DNA of 64,000 bases, taken from the NCBI GenBank assembly GCA_038087875.1, contig CM075990.1, forward strand, positions 3,040,001 to 3,104,000. Direction: 5' to 3'. The translations under genes and the position numbers were made by a program. Shown here in pieces: positions 12,425 to 25,305 of the stretch; within the stretch, counting starts at the first letter, position 1; every line of letters starts with the position of its first letter. Source of the stretch: Malacoraja senta. Its lineage: Eukaryota. Below the pieces are notes generated by a model. That model made no database searches and was not told where the DNA came from. It saw only the letters and a program-made list of their open reading frames with translations.

Positions 12425-13544
12425 TATTTATGTGCATTTTGTGAGTGTGTATTTGTATATAAACATGTGTACATGTATGTGTGTTCGCCTATTACCTTGA
12501 GCATGTGTGTGCTTGTATGTTTTCATTTAGTTTAGTTTAGTTTAGAGATACAGCACGTAAACAGGCCCTTCAGCCCACCGAGTCCGTGCCGACCAGCGAT
12601 CCCCCCATACACTAGCACCACCCTACACACACTAGGGGACAATTTTACACTCATACCAAGTCAAGCACCCTACCAACCAACACGTCTTTGGAGTATGTAA
12701 GCGCTGTGTGGCAGCAACTCTACCGCTGCGCCACCGTTCCGCCCGTGTGTGGGAAGTGTGCTGGAAGCTGTATCATAGTTTGGAGTTTCTAACCTTGCAG
12801 CTCCATCTATTCCTCTTGTAATGTTCTTCTCTGAACTATAATCTCCTTTCTGCTGCTCTTCCCTGTTGTGCAAATGTGGTTTTTTTTTTTTTTTTTCCCT
12901 GATCTTTATTTTTTAATGTCCATCCTCTCTGGACTAGTAATGTTCCTTCTTATTCCTTGTTCTCCCATCTCTGTTAATTCATCACCATCTGCCTCAGCAT
13001 CTGTTTCTAAAATATAAAAAAAAAGAACGCGGTCTGCATACAATGCCTTTTGCTTCTTTTTTGCCTGTTTCCTCAATTTCCCTGTCAGAGGCTGCATCTT
13101 CCCCCCACCCCCCCCCTGCTTTTGTTCCTTAAGCCTTCAATCCACCCCTTTCCGAAACCGGCCTTTCGCTCCTTTGATTTCTGTGTCTCCGTGCGTCCTC
13201 CCCCCCCACCCTACCACCCCCTCACACAACAGTGTCTGAGTCCTATTGCACACCTATCTGGTGACGGAGGGAGAGGAGGGCTGGATTTGGGGGTGGGAGA
13301 GGGGCGTGGGGGAATGAATGTGCTCCCTCTCTAGCCCCCTATCCCGGACCAAACTCCACTTAATAACTGGAGCCGGGTCGAAAGGTGGAAAGGAACAGAG
13401 AGGGAAGAGTTTCAAAGACAATAAGAACCGGGTTTAACTCTGACGGGGTCCGCAAAGGCCGGCAATTCTTCCTGAGCGGTGCTGAAAAAGTAGGCCCCAC
13501 TGTTTCACTGGACCGAGGGACGAAGTTATCATGAGTGGTCGAGG

Positions 13545-13975
13545 AGTGACGCAAAATGCTGGAGTAAACTCACTCAGAGTGTGACAGGCAGCATCTCTGG
13601 AGAGAAGGGAATGAACGGGTGATGTTTCTGTTCGAGGCCCTTCTTCAGACTTAGAGAGAGAGTCAGGGGGAGAGGAGGGGGCACATAGATAAGGAAGTGA
13701 AGTGTGAAAATAGGACAAAGTGAATGGAGATCAAGGGAGATGTAGAATAGATCACGGGTAGGAAGGAACTGCAGATGCTGGTTTAAACCGAAGATGGAAA
13801 CACACAAAAAAAAAGCTGGAGTAACTCAGTGGGACAGGCAGCATCTCTGGAGAGAAGGGAACGGGTGATGTTTCGGGGCGAGACCCTTCTTCAGTCCCGA
13901 CCCGAAACGTCATCCATTCCTTTTCTCCAGAGATGCTGCCTGTCCCGCTGAGTTACTCCAGCTTTTTTGTGTCAA
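13545..13975. mobile_element. Cluster of Penelope terminal-repeat (pLTR) fragments including an inverted pair
   Basis: ggagtaactcag..gcagcatctctggagagaagg and hammerhead-type motifs in both orientations. Confidence 0.8.
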
Positions 13976-14355
13976 TAGACAATAGACAATATATGCAGGA
14001 GTAGGCCGATCGGCCCTTCGAGCCAGCACCGCCATTCAATGTGATCATGGCTGATTATCCCCAATCAGTACCCCGTTCCTGCCTTCTCCCCATCTCCCCT
14101 GACTCTGATATTTTTAAGAGCCCTATCTAGCTCTCTCTTGAAAGCATCCAGAGAACCTGCCTCTACCCGCCTTCTGAGGCAGAGAATTCCACAGACTCAC
14201 CACTCTCTGTGAGAAAAAGTGTTTCCTCGTCTCCGTTCTAAATGGCTTACTCCTTATTCTTAAACTGTGGCCCCTGGTTCTGGACTCCCCCAACATCGGG
14301 ACCATGTTTCCTGCCTCGATCGTGTCCAAACCCTTAACAATCTTATATGTTTCAA
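13975..14355 (-). mobile_element. CR1 3' fragment
   Basis: GESRTRGHSLRIRSKPFRTETRKHFFSQRV; AGACAAT tail. Confidence 0.9.
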
Positions 14356-14990
14356 CTGTCTATCTGTAGAACAGATCATTGTTAGCTCGGAGAAGGTGAC
14401 AAACAAAGCAACACGATGAGTGGTCGGCGGATTTAGGGGATTTTTCCCGGGAGGGGGGGGGGCTGGGGGGTGGGGGGGGGAGATATGGTGTGGACCCCAC
14501 CTCCCGAGAAGTCCACAGAGGCTGACTGACTGCCTTTGGCTCGCTGTGTGTCTTAGTGTGACAGCACAGAGCCTCTCATAATCTCCAGTCTCTTGGGGGC
14601 TTCGACCATTTGCTTAGCAGCCTTCCAAAGCTGTTTGCAGCTCCTTTCCTCAATTGTGACCTGCTCCCCGCTCATGGAGTAATTTAATTAATTGAAATCT
14701 ACACGAACAAATTATTAATTGTTCCGATAATTATGCTTTTCTTATTCTTGGTGAATAATACGCTGTTCCATTCTTAATTAATTTCAGTTCTTTGCTAGTT
14801 GGTTATTCAAGGAATCATCGTTCTTAGACCCACCTAATGTTTCACCAAACGGATATAGTTCATAAATTCACCATCTCTTCAAGCTGCCAAGTTATAGGGC
14901 GGTCGCATCCGTAAAGATAAGACAGGAGATTTTTTAAATTAATTTTTTAATTTTTTTTGCTCTCGATTTTAAGTACAAACCTGCAAATTG

Positions 14991-15190
14991 NNNNNNNNNN
15001 NNNNNNNNNNNNNNNNNNNNNNNNNNNNNNNNNNNNNNNNNNNNNNNNNNNNNNNNNNNNNNNNNNNNNNNNNNNNNNNNNNNNNNNNNNNNNNNNNNNN
15101 NNNNNNNNNNNNNNNNNNNNNNNNNNNNNNNNNNNNNNNNNNNNNNNNNNNNNNNNNNNNNNNNNNNNNNNNNNNNNNNNNNNNNNNNNN
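14991..15190. other. Assembly gap (200 N)
   Basis: Run of N. Confidence 1.
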
Positions 15191-15297
15191 CGCGTCACTG
15201 CCTACGTCACCACGCACCATACGCACGTCGTGCATCGTGGCGCGTAAATGATGTCGCGTAAATGACGCGCAAAAGACACCCAAGTGGGACAGGCCCT
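15191..15297. mobile_element. Right end of a Harbinger-type MITE truncated by the gap
   Basis: Ends in AAGTGGGACAGGCCCT TIR; CpG-rich internal motifs. Confidence 0.7.
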
Positions 15298-15869
15298 GTA
15301 TTCTCCTTCCCTTAAATAAAATGCAGATTAAAGTTATATGAAGAGCCCCGGGATAGTGTGGCATTCCGTGTCTTCGGGCCCCATTGACAGCAAGCGACAA
15401 TTAACAGACTCTGTGCGTTTACACATGGGCTTGTGGGTGGAAGACCTGTCCCACCTCCCTTCATAAGTAAAACCCTTAGTTTCCGGCACATCCCAGTGAA
15501 TCCCCTCTGCACCCTTTCGAACGCTAACCAAAGCAGTACACACACCACAGTATACATTGACGGACCCAAAGTCCAAGTTCCCAGGAACAAATATCACCAT
15601 GAACTTGGCCTGGACCAGGCACATCGAAGCTATCACACAAAGGGTGGTGGATGTATGGAACAAGCTGCCAGGGGAGGTAGTTGAGGCTGGGACAATCCCA
15701 TCATTTAAGAAACAGTTAGACAGGTACATGGATAGGACAGGTTTGGAGGGATATGGACCAAGCGCAGGCAAGTGGGACGAGGGAAGCTGGGACATTGTTG
15801 GCCGGTGTGGGCAAGTTGGGCCGCAGGGCCCATTTCCACACTGTATCACTCTATGACCCTATGACTCTA

Positions 15870-16325
15870 TGGCCAAGAAAGCACATCAATGCCTCTACTT
15901 CTTTAGAAGGCTTAGGAAGTTCGGCATGTCCCCAACAACTCGCACCAACCTCTGCAGATGTGCTGTGGAAAGCATTTTATCAGGATGCATCACAGCTTGT
16001 CTTGGGAACAGCTCCATCCATGACTGCAAGAAATTGCAGAGAATTGTGGACGCAGCCCAGACCATCACACAAACACAACCTCCCTTCCATTGACTCCATC
16101 TACACTTCACGCTGCCTCGGCAAGGCCAGCAGCATAATCAGGGAGCAGTCTCACCCCGGTCACTCCCTCTTCTCCCCTCTCCCATCAGGAACGAGGTATC
16201 GAAGTTTGAAAACGCACACCTCCAGATTCAAGGACAGTTTCTTCCCAGCTGTTATCAGGCAACTGAACCGTCCTCTCATCAGCTGGTGTGCGGTCCTGAA
16301 CTCCCATCTACCTCTTTGGAGACCT
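15870..16325 (+). mobile_element. Rex-Babar LINE fragment preceded by an inserted CR1 end (~15630-15870)
   Basis: AHQCLYFFRRLRKFGMS..ESILSGCITA; LPSGTRYRSL..SFFPAVIRQLN. Confidence 0.85.
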
Positions 16326-17261
16326 TTGATGTGGTGTTGTAAGCTCTGTAAGGCAGCAACTCCGCTGCTGCTCACCATACCACCCCATGTGATATTTTGG
16401 GTCGGGACCCTTCTTCAGATGCTCGGTCTCCGTGTTTCCATGTGTGGCTAGTGCAGTTGGGGGGTCCTTGGTCGGCATAGTCGCGCTGAGGTGCCTGTTT
16501 CCATGCTGTATAACTCTATTACTCGGCATGGTGGCGCAGGGGTAGAGTTGCTGCCTCACAGCGCCAGGTTCGATCGAACCCGGGTTCGATCCGAGCTATG
16601 CATGCTGCATGTACGGAGTTTGTACGTTTTCCCCGTTGGTTTTCTCCGGGTGCTCTGCTTTCCTCCCACACTCCAAAGATGAGCAGGTTTGTAGGTTAAT
16701 TGGCCTCTGTAAAAATAGTTACCCGTGCCTGGGTTAGAACTAGTGTACGGGATGATCACCAGTCGGCTGTCTCCGTGGGCCAAAGGGCCTGTTTCCATGC
16801 TGTATCTCTAAACTAAACTGAACCAAACTAAACTGAACTAAACTAAACTAAAAATGATCCCATAACAGGGATAATGGGAAAGTTTCTCGAAGTTACACAG
16901 AATTTTCCAGTTGTAATAAACAGCCTAGATCTGAGTGTGTTTTTACTTGGACTGTGTCACAGTGTAAAGACTGATTTATACATTACTAGGAAATGCTCAT
17001 GATTGTTTCACTGTCTTGTCAAGACTCAATGTAATCACATCCATGCACAAAACCTCAAGGTAGGTTACAACATATAAATCAAATTTAGTTAGAAACCATT
17101 GGTTACAAATTCCATGCACCTAGAATATCCAAAGAAAACAAACACCTTAGAGTGACAAGGTGTTTAAGAAGGAACTGCAGATGCTGGAACAATCGAAGGT
17201 AGACAAAAATGCTGGAGAAACTCAGCAGGTGAGGCAGCATCTATGGAGCGAAGGAATGGGT

Positions 17262-17289
17262 GACGTTTCGGGTCGAGACCCTTCTTCAG
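17262..17289 (-). ncRNA. Predicted minimal type I hammerhead ribozyme in Penelope pLTR
   Basis: Reverse complement reads CTGAAGA-AGGGTCTCGACCC-GAAA-CGTC (intact core, stem II, GUC site). Confidence 0.75.
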
Positions 17290-17949
17290 ACTGATGTGGG
17301 GGTGGGTGGGTGGGAAGAAGAAAGGAAGAGGCGGAGACAGTGGGCTGTGGGAGAGCAGGGAGGGGAGGGGTAACAAGGAGCTTGTTTGGGGCGGCACGGT
17401 GTCGCAGCGGTAGAGATGCTGCCTTACAACTCCAGAGATCCGGGTTCGATCCTGACTACAGGTGCTGTCTGCATGGAGTTTGTACGTTCTCCCTGTGACC
17501 ATGTGGGTTTTCTCTGGGTGCTCTGGTTTCATCCCAAACTCAAAAGAAGCGCCGGTTTGTTGGGTAATTGGCTTGGTAAAATTATAATTTATCCCTATTG
17601 TGTCATATAGCTTGCTGGTCGGTGCGGACTCAGTGGGGCTGCATAACTGAGCATTCGGAACTGCAGATGCTGGAATCGTGAGTACAATGGATAGGCAGCA
17701 TTTCAGGTCGGGACTGAAGAAGGCTCCCGACCCACAAACGTCGCCTGTCCATTCCTCCATAGATGCTGCCTGACCTGCTGAGTTACTCCAGCACATTGTA
17801 TTTCACCATGTATAATTGATTGCTATTGTTCCCTTGTTGGCATTGAGAACCTTGTCTGTACATCGAGAGCACCCAAATGTCCCTGGGCATGAATATCTGA
17901 CCATCTGTGCCCAGCATATTGATGGAATCATGATGTACCCCCATCAATG

Positions 17950-18325
17950 GATCGCAGCCTCGCGGGTCGACAGAGCCCGTGGCCAACGGCCCCTGGGTCT
18001 GCGGAGCGCGTGGCTGGGGCCTGGGTCGGCGACAACGGAGGCGTCCGGAGAGGACCTGGCGGCGATAGTGGAGAGGTCGGCGCGGCGGTCGATGATGGCG
18101 ACGACCGACGGATGAGGACGGACCACGTGGAAGTGAGGACGCCGCTGCCGGGGGAAGGAACAACGGAGGACCTGGCGTGGTGGGACCACCGTGAAGAAGG
18201 GGGAGAGTGGCTGAGCAAAGGGGGACCTGGCGCGGGGATACTTGTAACTATGTGGTATGCCAGCAAAGAATTTCACTGTGATCCGTCACGTGACAATAAA
18301 GTATTCAATTTTATTCAATTCATTT
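17950..18325 (+). mobile_element. GC-rich non-autonomous repeat with LINE-type tail
   Basis: CpG-rich body ending caaagaatttcactgtg..cacgtgacaataaa; a related fragment (gcctcgtgggtcga..agcaaagaatt) lies at ~26700-26890. Confidence 0.55.
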
Positions 18326-18389
18326 CAATGCCTCTACTCCTTTAAAAGATCAAGCAGATTTGGTATGTTGACAAATAATCTCTTGGACT

Positions 18390-18955
18390 CAATAGACAAT
18401 AGATAATAGACAATAGGTGCAGGAGTAGGCCATTCGGCCCTTCGAGCCAGCACTTCGAGACATGGCTGATCATCCCCAATCAGTACCCCGTTCCTGCCTT
18501 CTCCCCATATCCCCTGACTCTGCTATCTTTAAGAGCCCTATCAAGCTCTCTCTTGAAAGTATCCAGAGAACTGGCCTCCACCGCCCTCTGAGGCAGAGAA
18601 TTCCACAGACTCACAACTCTCTGTGAGAAAAAGTGTTTCCTCGTCTCCGTTCTAAATGGCTTACCCCTTATTCTTCAACTGTGGCCCCTGGTTCTGGACT
18701 CCCCCAACATCGGGAACATGTTTCCTGCCTCTAGCGTGTCCAAACCCTTAACAATCTTATATGTTTCAATAAGATTCCCTCTCATCCTTCTAAACTCCAG
18801 AGTGTACAAACCCAGCTGCTCCATTCTCTCAGCATATGACAGCCCCGCCATCCCGGGAATTAACCTTGTAAATCTACGCTGCACACCCTCAATAGCAAGA
18901 ATGTCCTTCCTCAAATTAGGGGACCAAAACTGCACACAATACTCCAGGTGTGGTC
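18390..18955 (-). mobile_element. CR1 3' fragment
   Basis: RPHLEYCVQFWSP..RRMRGNLIETYKI; AGACAAT tail. Confidence 0.92.
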
Positions 18956-20054
18956 TCCTGCAAATGTGCAGGAGAGACCATATTGACTGGTTGCTTCGAC
19001 TGGTTTGGCAATTCGAATGCCCAAATAAATGATCACAAAATGTGTTGAACACTGCCCAGTCCATCACGGATACTGATCTCCCCACCATTGAAGGGATCAG
19101 CAGGAGGCTCTTTCTCAAAAAGGCAGCCAGCATCATCAGAGACCCACACCACCCTGGCCACGCTCTCATTTCACTCCTGCTGTAGGGAAGATGGTATAGG
19201 AGCCTGAAAACCATGACATCTAGTTTTGGGTAACCCTTGCCTTCCCTCCCTCTCCATCCCACCCCCTTCCCAGTTCTCCGACCAGTCGGAAAGTCCCTGA
19301 TTACATTTTATCTCTGGTTGCTTTGTTGTTACCTTCTCCCAGCTAACAATGGTCTATTTTACATGTTCCTTGGTCTCCATCCCCTTTGATGTCTCATTCT
19401 CACACCTTACACTTCCTTATCTCTATATCTCCCCTTCCCCTGACTCTCAGTCTCGACCCAAACATCACCCATTCCTACTGTCCAGAGATAGCTGCCTGTC
19501 CCGCTGAGTTACTCCAGCATTTTGTGTCTATCTTCGGATTAAACCAGCATCTGCAGTTCCTTCCTACACCTCTAATTTTGGGAACAGCTTCATCCCAATG
19601 AATATCAGTCTGTTGAACACTACAAACTCCAACTAAAGCCTTAAGCATAAACTGCCTGGGTCGCACTGGGAACACTGGGCTATGTTTCGTTTTTGCACTA
19701 TATCGTTATTTTTTTTAATTGAACATTTTTGTCTGTATGTTATATTATCCACTCAGCATTGTGGCTACAAACCCGTGGTGCCTCTGCTGCAAGTAAGAAT
19801 TGTCTTCCGAGTGACGCTGCCTGTCCCGCTGAGTTACTCCAGCATTTTGTATGCATTCAAGAGAGAGTTGGATATGCAGTAGCTCTTTGGGTTAACGGCA
19901 TCAAGAGACATGGGGAGAAAGCAGGAACGGGGTACTGATTTTGGATGATCAGCCATGATCATTGAATGGTGGTGCTGGCCTACTCCTGCACCTATTTCCT
20001 ATGTTTCTATCTGAAGTTCATTCCTACACAGAGTTTCATTCTTCTATTTCAATT

Positions 20055-20496
20055 TCCTTTCTTCTTCTTTCTTAGGCCCCTTCGGTCATGGCTGACCATG
20101 GGTGTCTCCAGGGTGCTATTCCCTATATGGAGGACGCCTATGCGTGACTTTGTTTAACGTGGGGAGACTGGTGCACAGACAGCCACCCCACGGTCCTTGA
20201 CAGGTCTGGGTCAGGATCCAGTGGCATGGAGTCCAAGACGGCCGGAGACCCTTTTCTACTGCAGCCTTCATCCATCCGCGTTCCCAGCCGTTGTGACGCT
20301 CCACTAAGGTCAGCCATCATCCTCCGCCTGTTCCACCGTTGAGGTCTTGGTTGGATTGCTCTTTGTCAGAGTCCTCCCCCTCGACCTTACCGCCGCGGGT
20401 GGCCCTACCAGGAGCATAGCTCCAGACGGCATCGCTCTCAGGATCTCAGGACCACACAAGCTTCTCCACCACGACAAGGTGACAGTCCACGAGAAG
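20055..20496 (-). mobile_element. RTE-5'UTR-derived non-autonomous element (copy 1)
   Basis: Head caccttgtcgtggtggag..ggtagggccaccc..ctgacaaa resembles RTE (Expander/BovB-type) 5' ends; (GAA)n tail; homologous to 56712-57137. Confidence 0.7.
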
Positions 20497-20638
20497 CATT
20501 GTGTCCACATTTCAATTACGTAATCGCAATAAACCACTGTTGATTCTCTTCTTATTTTCCTGTAGTCCTGCCACTTATTTTCACAGGCATTCCCTTTTAT
20601 GGTTCTTTCTGGGACTTCCCAACACACAGGATAATATA

Positions 20639-22229
20639 CAGTGCATTCAGAAAGTATTCAGACCCCTCAACTTTTTCCACATTTTGTTACGTTACAGCCT
20701 TATTCTAAAATGGATGAAATTCATTTTTTTTATCATCAATCCACACACAATACCCCATAATAAAAAAGCAGACAGGTGTTTGGAAATTTTTGCAAAGTAA
20801 TTAAAAATAAATAACTGAAATATCACATTTACATAAGTATTCAGACCCTTTACTCAGTACTTTGTTGAGGCACCTTTGGCAGCGATTACAGCCTCAAGTC
20901 TTCTTGGGTATGACGCTACAAGCTTGGCACACCTGTATTTGGGTAATTTCTCCCATTCTTCTCTGCAGATCCTCTCAAGCTCTGTCAGGTTGGATGGGGA
21001 GCGTCGATGCACAGCTATTTTCAGGTCCCTCCAGAGATGTTCGTTCGGGTTCAAGTCCGGGCTCTGGCTGGGCCATTCAAGGACATTCACAGACTTGTCA
21101 CAAAGCCACTCCTGCGTGGTCTTGTCTGTGTGCTTTGGGTCGTTGTCCTGTTGGAAGGTGAACCTCCGCCCCAGTCTGATGTCCAGAACACTCTGGAGCA
21201 GGTTTTCATCAAGGATCTCTCTGTACTTTGCTCCGTTCATCTTTCCCTCGATCCTGACTAGTCTCCCAGTTCCTGTCGCTGAAAAACATCCCCACAGCAT
21301 GATGCTGCCACCACCATGCTTTACCGTATATATGGTATTGGCCAGGTGATGAGCGGTGCCTGGTTTCCTCCAGACGTGACGCTCGGCATTCAGGCCAAAG
21401 AGTTCAATCTTGGTTTCATCAGACCAGAGAATCTTGTTTCCCATGGTCTGAGAGTCCTTTAGGTGCCTTTTGGCAAACTCCAAGCGGGCTGTCATTGCCT
21501 TTTACTGAGGAGTGGCTTCCGTCTGGCCACTCTACCATAAAGGCCTGATTGGTGGAGTGCTGCAGATATAGTTGTCCTTCTGGAAGGTTCTCCTATCTCC
21601 ACAGAGGAACTCTGGAGCTCTGTCAGATTGACCATTGGGTTCTTGGTCACCTCCCTGACCAAGGCCCGTCTCCCACGATTGCTCAGTTTGTCCGGGCAGC
21701 CAGCTCTATGAAGAGTCCTGGTGGTTCCAAAGTTCTAGCATTTAAGAATGACGGAGGCCACTGTGCTCTTTGGGACCTGCAATGCTGCGGAAATTGTTTT
21801 ATACCCTTCCCCAGATCTGTGTCTCAACACAATCCTGTCTCGGAGGTCTACAGACAATTCCTTCGTCTTCATGGCTTGGTTTATCTCTGACATGCACTGT
21901 CAACTGTGGGACCTTATATAGACAGATGTGTGCCTTTCCAAATCATGTCCAATCAATTTAATTTACCACTGGTGGACTCCAATCAAGTTGTAGAAACATC
22001 TCAAGGATAATCAATGGAAACAGGATGAATCTAAGCTCATTTTTGAGTGTCATAGCAAAGGGTCTGAATAGTTATATAAATGTGATATTCCAGTTTTTGT
22101 ATCTTCATTCTGGGGTATAGTGTGTGGATTGATGATAAAAAAAATGAATTTAATCCAATTTAAAATAAGGCTGTAACGTAACAAAATGTGGAAAAAGTGA
22201 AGGGGTCTGAATACTTTTTGAATGCACTG
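20639..22229 (-). mobile_element. Full-length Tc1 (IR/DR-type) DNA transposon, 1591 bp
   Basis: Long TIRs starting CAGTGCATTCA; TA TSDs 20637-20638 and 22230-22231; inner repeats of tattcagaccc at ~20838 and ~22060. Confidence 0.97.
20854..21872 (-). pseudogene. Tc1 DD34E transposase, disabled
   Basis: MKTKELSVDLRDRIV start at 21872; [25 protein letters not shown] with 34 residues between D and E; stop TAG 21735-21737 and frameshift near 21496. Confidence 0.95.
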
Positions 22230-22642
22230 TATGGTAGCCAATTGACCCACTCGTTCTTTGTGAGGACATGGGATGGTACTGGACCATTTGTCCTCAATGG
22301 TAAACCGAAGACCTCGGAGAAAACCCTACGCAGGTCACGGGGGAGAACGCACAAACTCTGTACAGGCAGCACCCGTAGTCGGGATCAAACCCGGGTCTCT
22401 GGCGCTGTAAGCGCTGTAAGGCAGCAACTCTACCGCTGTGCCACCGTGCCGCCCTTTATTCCAGCACTAGTGTTACTCTGGCACTTTGTGTTTCACGCAA
22501 GATTCCAGCATCTACAGTTCCTTTTGTTTCCACTGTAAATGTTGTTTTGAGTGAGTGGTTGGATCTGAAGGGTGTTGATGCGAATGTGGGTAGAATAACG
22601 TGGAATTAGTGTAGGATTAGTGTAAATGGACCTTTGATGGAT

Positions 22643-22689
22643 GGTATGGTATGGTATGGTATGGTATGGTATGGTATGGTATGGTATGG
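22643..22689. repeat. (ATGGT)n microsatellite
   Basis: Direct reading. Confidence 0.95.
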
Positions 22690-22916
22690 AGGGCAGCACG
22701 ATGGCGCACCGGTAGAGTTGCTGCCTCACAGCGACAGAGACCGGGTTCGATCCTGACTATGGGTGCTTATCTGTACAGAGTTTGTACGTTCTCCGTGTGG
22801 GTTTTCCCCGAGAGCTCCAGTTTCCTCCCACACTCCAAAGACGTACAGGTTTGGAAATGAATTGGTTTGGTAAAATTGTAAATTGTCCCTAGTAAGGGTA
22901 GGATAGTGTTAGTGTG

Positions 22917-23053
22917 TGGGTGGGAGATTGCAACCTTCACGTGGTCCACCCTGCTTCAACAAATGCAAGCAACCTGGCGTGCACAAACAGAAGATCAAAC
23001 AGAACAAGTTGTCTTACAACTTGAGGCTGTACACGCCATACGCAAGAAGAAGA
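22917..23053 (+). mobile_element. 137-bp SINE-like element headed by a minimal HDV-like ribozyme, inserted in a V-SINE
   Basis: 12-bp TSD agtgttagtgtg (22905-22916 / 23054-23065); P1 GGGTGG/CCACCC, P2 GATTGCA/TGCAAGC, P3 ACC/GGT, L3 TTCACGT; tail catacgc(AAG)n. Confidence 0.8.
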
Positions 23054-25129
23054 AGTGTTAGTGTGCAGGAATCGCTGGTCGACGCGGGCTCGTTGCACCA
23101 AAGGGCCAGTTTCTGCACTGTATCTCTAAACTAAACTAAAGTCTGTATCACTCTATGGCTCTAACAAGCCATAAGACAACTCTTGCCTCAATTTCTTAGG
23201 CTGCCATGGTTGAATAGTGAGCAAACGTCCACTGTCTGGCATCTTCTGTGGGAAAGTATGGCCATTTTGCAAGAGTATCTGAGGCCAGGAGTGCAGCAGG
23301 GAACCAAAAATCTTCAGGAGAAAATGCGAGGAAAATGCATACAAATGTAGTCAACTTAATAATATTGACAACTGGGATCTGGCAGTCTTACTTCCAATAT
23401 TTGTTTCGAGGCAGGGAGATGATTGGTAATATTATTGTAAATTTACTGCATATTGCCATCTTTCAGCATTGGTGCTTATACAGCACTTAAAATAATGATC
23501 ATTATTTCATGCATCCCTTGTGCTATTAACCCAGTGATAATACAATGCTGGATGTTGACTAAACACCAATTTACTGAACTATTGGAGGGTGGATTGCATT
23601 AAAGTAAAGACAAACCATCTCCTGCGCATTGGGGCCACACAGTCTATATTTGGAGCAAGATTTACAGCATTGGCTCAGTGACTCTAATACCCCGGAGGTT
23701 AAGAGAAAGGACATCGAGGGCTGGCGTAACTCAGCGGGCCAGGCAGCATCACTGGAGAACATGACCATCCCTCCGGAAAGTGGACAGAAGTGTGGAAACG
23801 CTCACACCTCCAGATCCAGGGACAGTTTCTTCCCAGCTGTTATCAGGCAACTGAATCATCCCACCACAAACAGAGAGCGGTCCTGAACTACTATCTACCT
23901 CATTGGTGACCCTCGGACTATCTTTGATCGGACTTCACTGGCTTTACCTTGCACAAAACTGATTGGGGTTGATCAGCCATGATCACATTGAATGGCGGTG
24001 CTGGCTCGAAGGGCCGAATGGCCTATTCCTGCACCTATTGTCTATTGTCTATTGTCTAAAATGTTATTCCCTTATCATGTATCTGTACACTGTAAACGGC
24101 TCGATTGCAATCATTTTATTGTCTTTCCGTATTGTCTGGTTAGCAGCCAACAAAACTTTTCACTGTACCTCGGTACACGTGACAATAAACTAAACTGAAC
24201 TGATGCTGCCTGATCCGCTGAGTTACTCCAGCACCATGTGTCATTTGTTTGTAAATCAGTATCTACAGATCCTTGTTTCTATACGCTGTTTTTTAAAATC
24301 ACACCTTCAATCTAAGAACAGAGCAGGTTGCAGGTCTTTTCCCATGGTCCAAAGGACAACAGCACCAACTTGCGCTTAAGATGTGGTTTGACTGAAGAAG
24401 GGTCTCGACCTGAAACGTCACCTATCCATGTTCTCCAGAGATGCTGCCTGACCCACTGAGCTGCTCCAGCATTCCGTGTCCTTTGTAATATTGAATTATC
24501 TTGAAATGTGTTGCCGAGGTATAAAGATGGCTATGTGGGAGATCATCCCCAGTGAATATCAAGCTGGTTTGAAATTGAGCACGAACTATTGCACAACCCA
24601 TCAGCGGTTTAAAGACTTGAGTCAGGATCTTGCCCAAGGGTGGGTGAACCAGGACAATGAAAATCCAAGTACCGCTCACGACCACTGCCCTAACCCTTAC
24701 CCTAGCCCAGGCTGGGAACCCTAAACCCTCTCTCCCCACATTCCCATCAACTCGCCACAGATTCTACCCCTCGGACAAACATTCGGCTCAATTCCCAGAG
24801 GTCATTCGTTCATAAGATCCAGGAGCAGAATAAGGCCATTCGGCCCACCAAAGTCCACTCCGCCATTCAATCAGGGGCCAATGAACCCACCGGCCCACCC
24901 ATCTTTGGGACGTTGGAGGAAACCCGAGCACCCGGGGGAATTCCTTGAGATCGCCGGGAGAACGTGCAAACTCCGCACAGACAGGGTCGGATGTGGGTAC
25001 TGAACCTGGGTCTCTGGAGCTGTGAGACAGCACCCCTACCCATTTCACCACCCCAGCAAATATTTCAAAGGGGGGGGGGGAGTTTCCCTTGTACCTTCAC
25101 CCATATTTCCCTCCGAGTCAGCAGTCCTG

Positions 25130-25305
25130 AAACAGACTAGTTGGTGATTATCACATCGGTTTTCAATGGGGCCTGCTGTGTGCAAATTGGAACTTTACTT
25201 CCAGCTCTGCCACGGTGATAACACTTCAGAAGTGCTTCATTGGCTGTGAAGATCTCTTGGATACCCGGAGGTTTAAAAGATGTTATATAAATGCAAATTT
25301 GTCAT
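25130..25305 (+). mobile_element. Ancient DeuSINE (SacSINE1/AmnSINE1-like) 3' relic
   Basis: attatcacat..gctgtgtgcaaattgg..acacttcagaagtgcttcattggctgtgaag..tatataaatgcaa matches the Deu-domain and tail pattern. Confidence 0.7.

Noticed and set aside
14947..15400. ORFs containing X runs
   Set aside because: Artefacts of the N gap
17783..18345. GC-rich overlapping ORFs / CpG island
   Set aside because: No recognisable protein; ends in a retroposon tail and has a relative near 26700
22401..22420. gcgctgtaa duplication at the MITE target site, a possible excision footprint
   Set aside because: A 9-bp tandem duplication does not fit a 3-bp TSD footprint; probably a SINE variant
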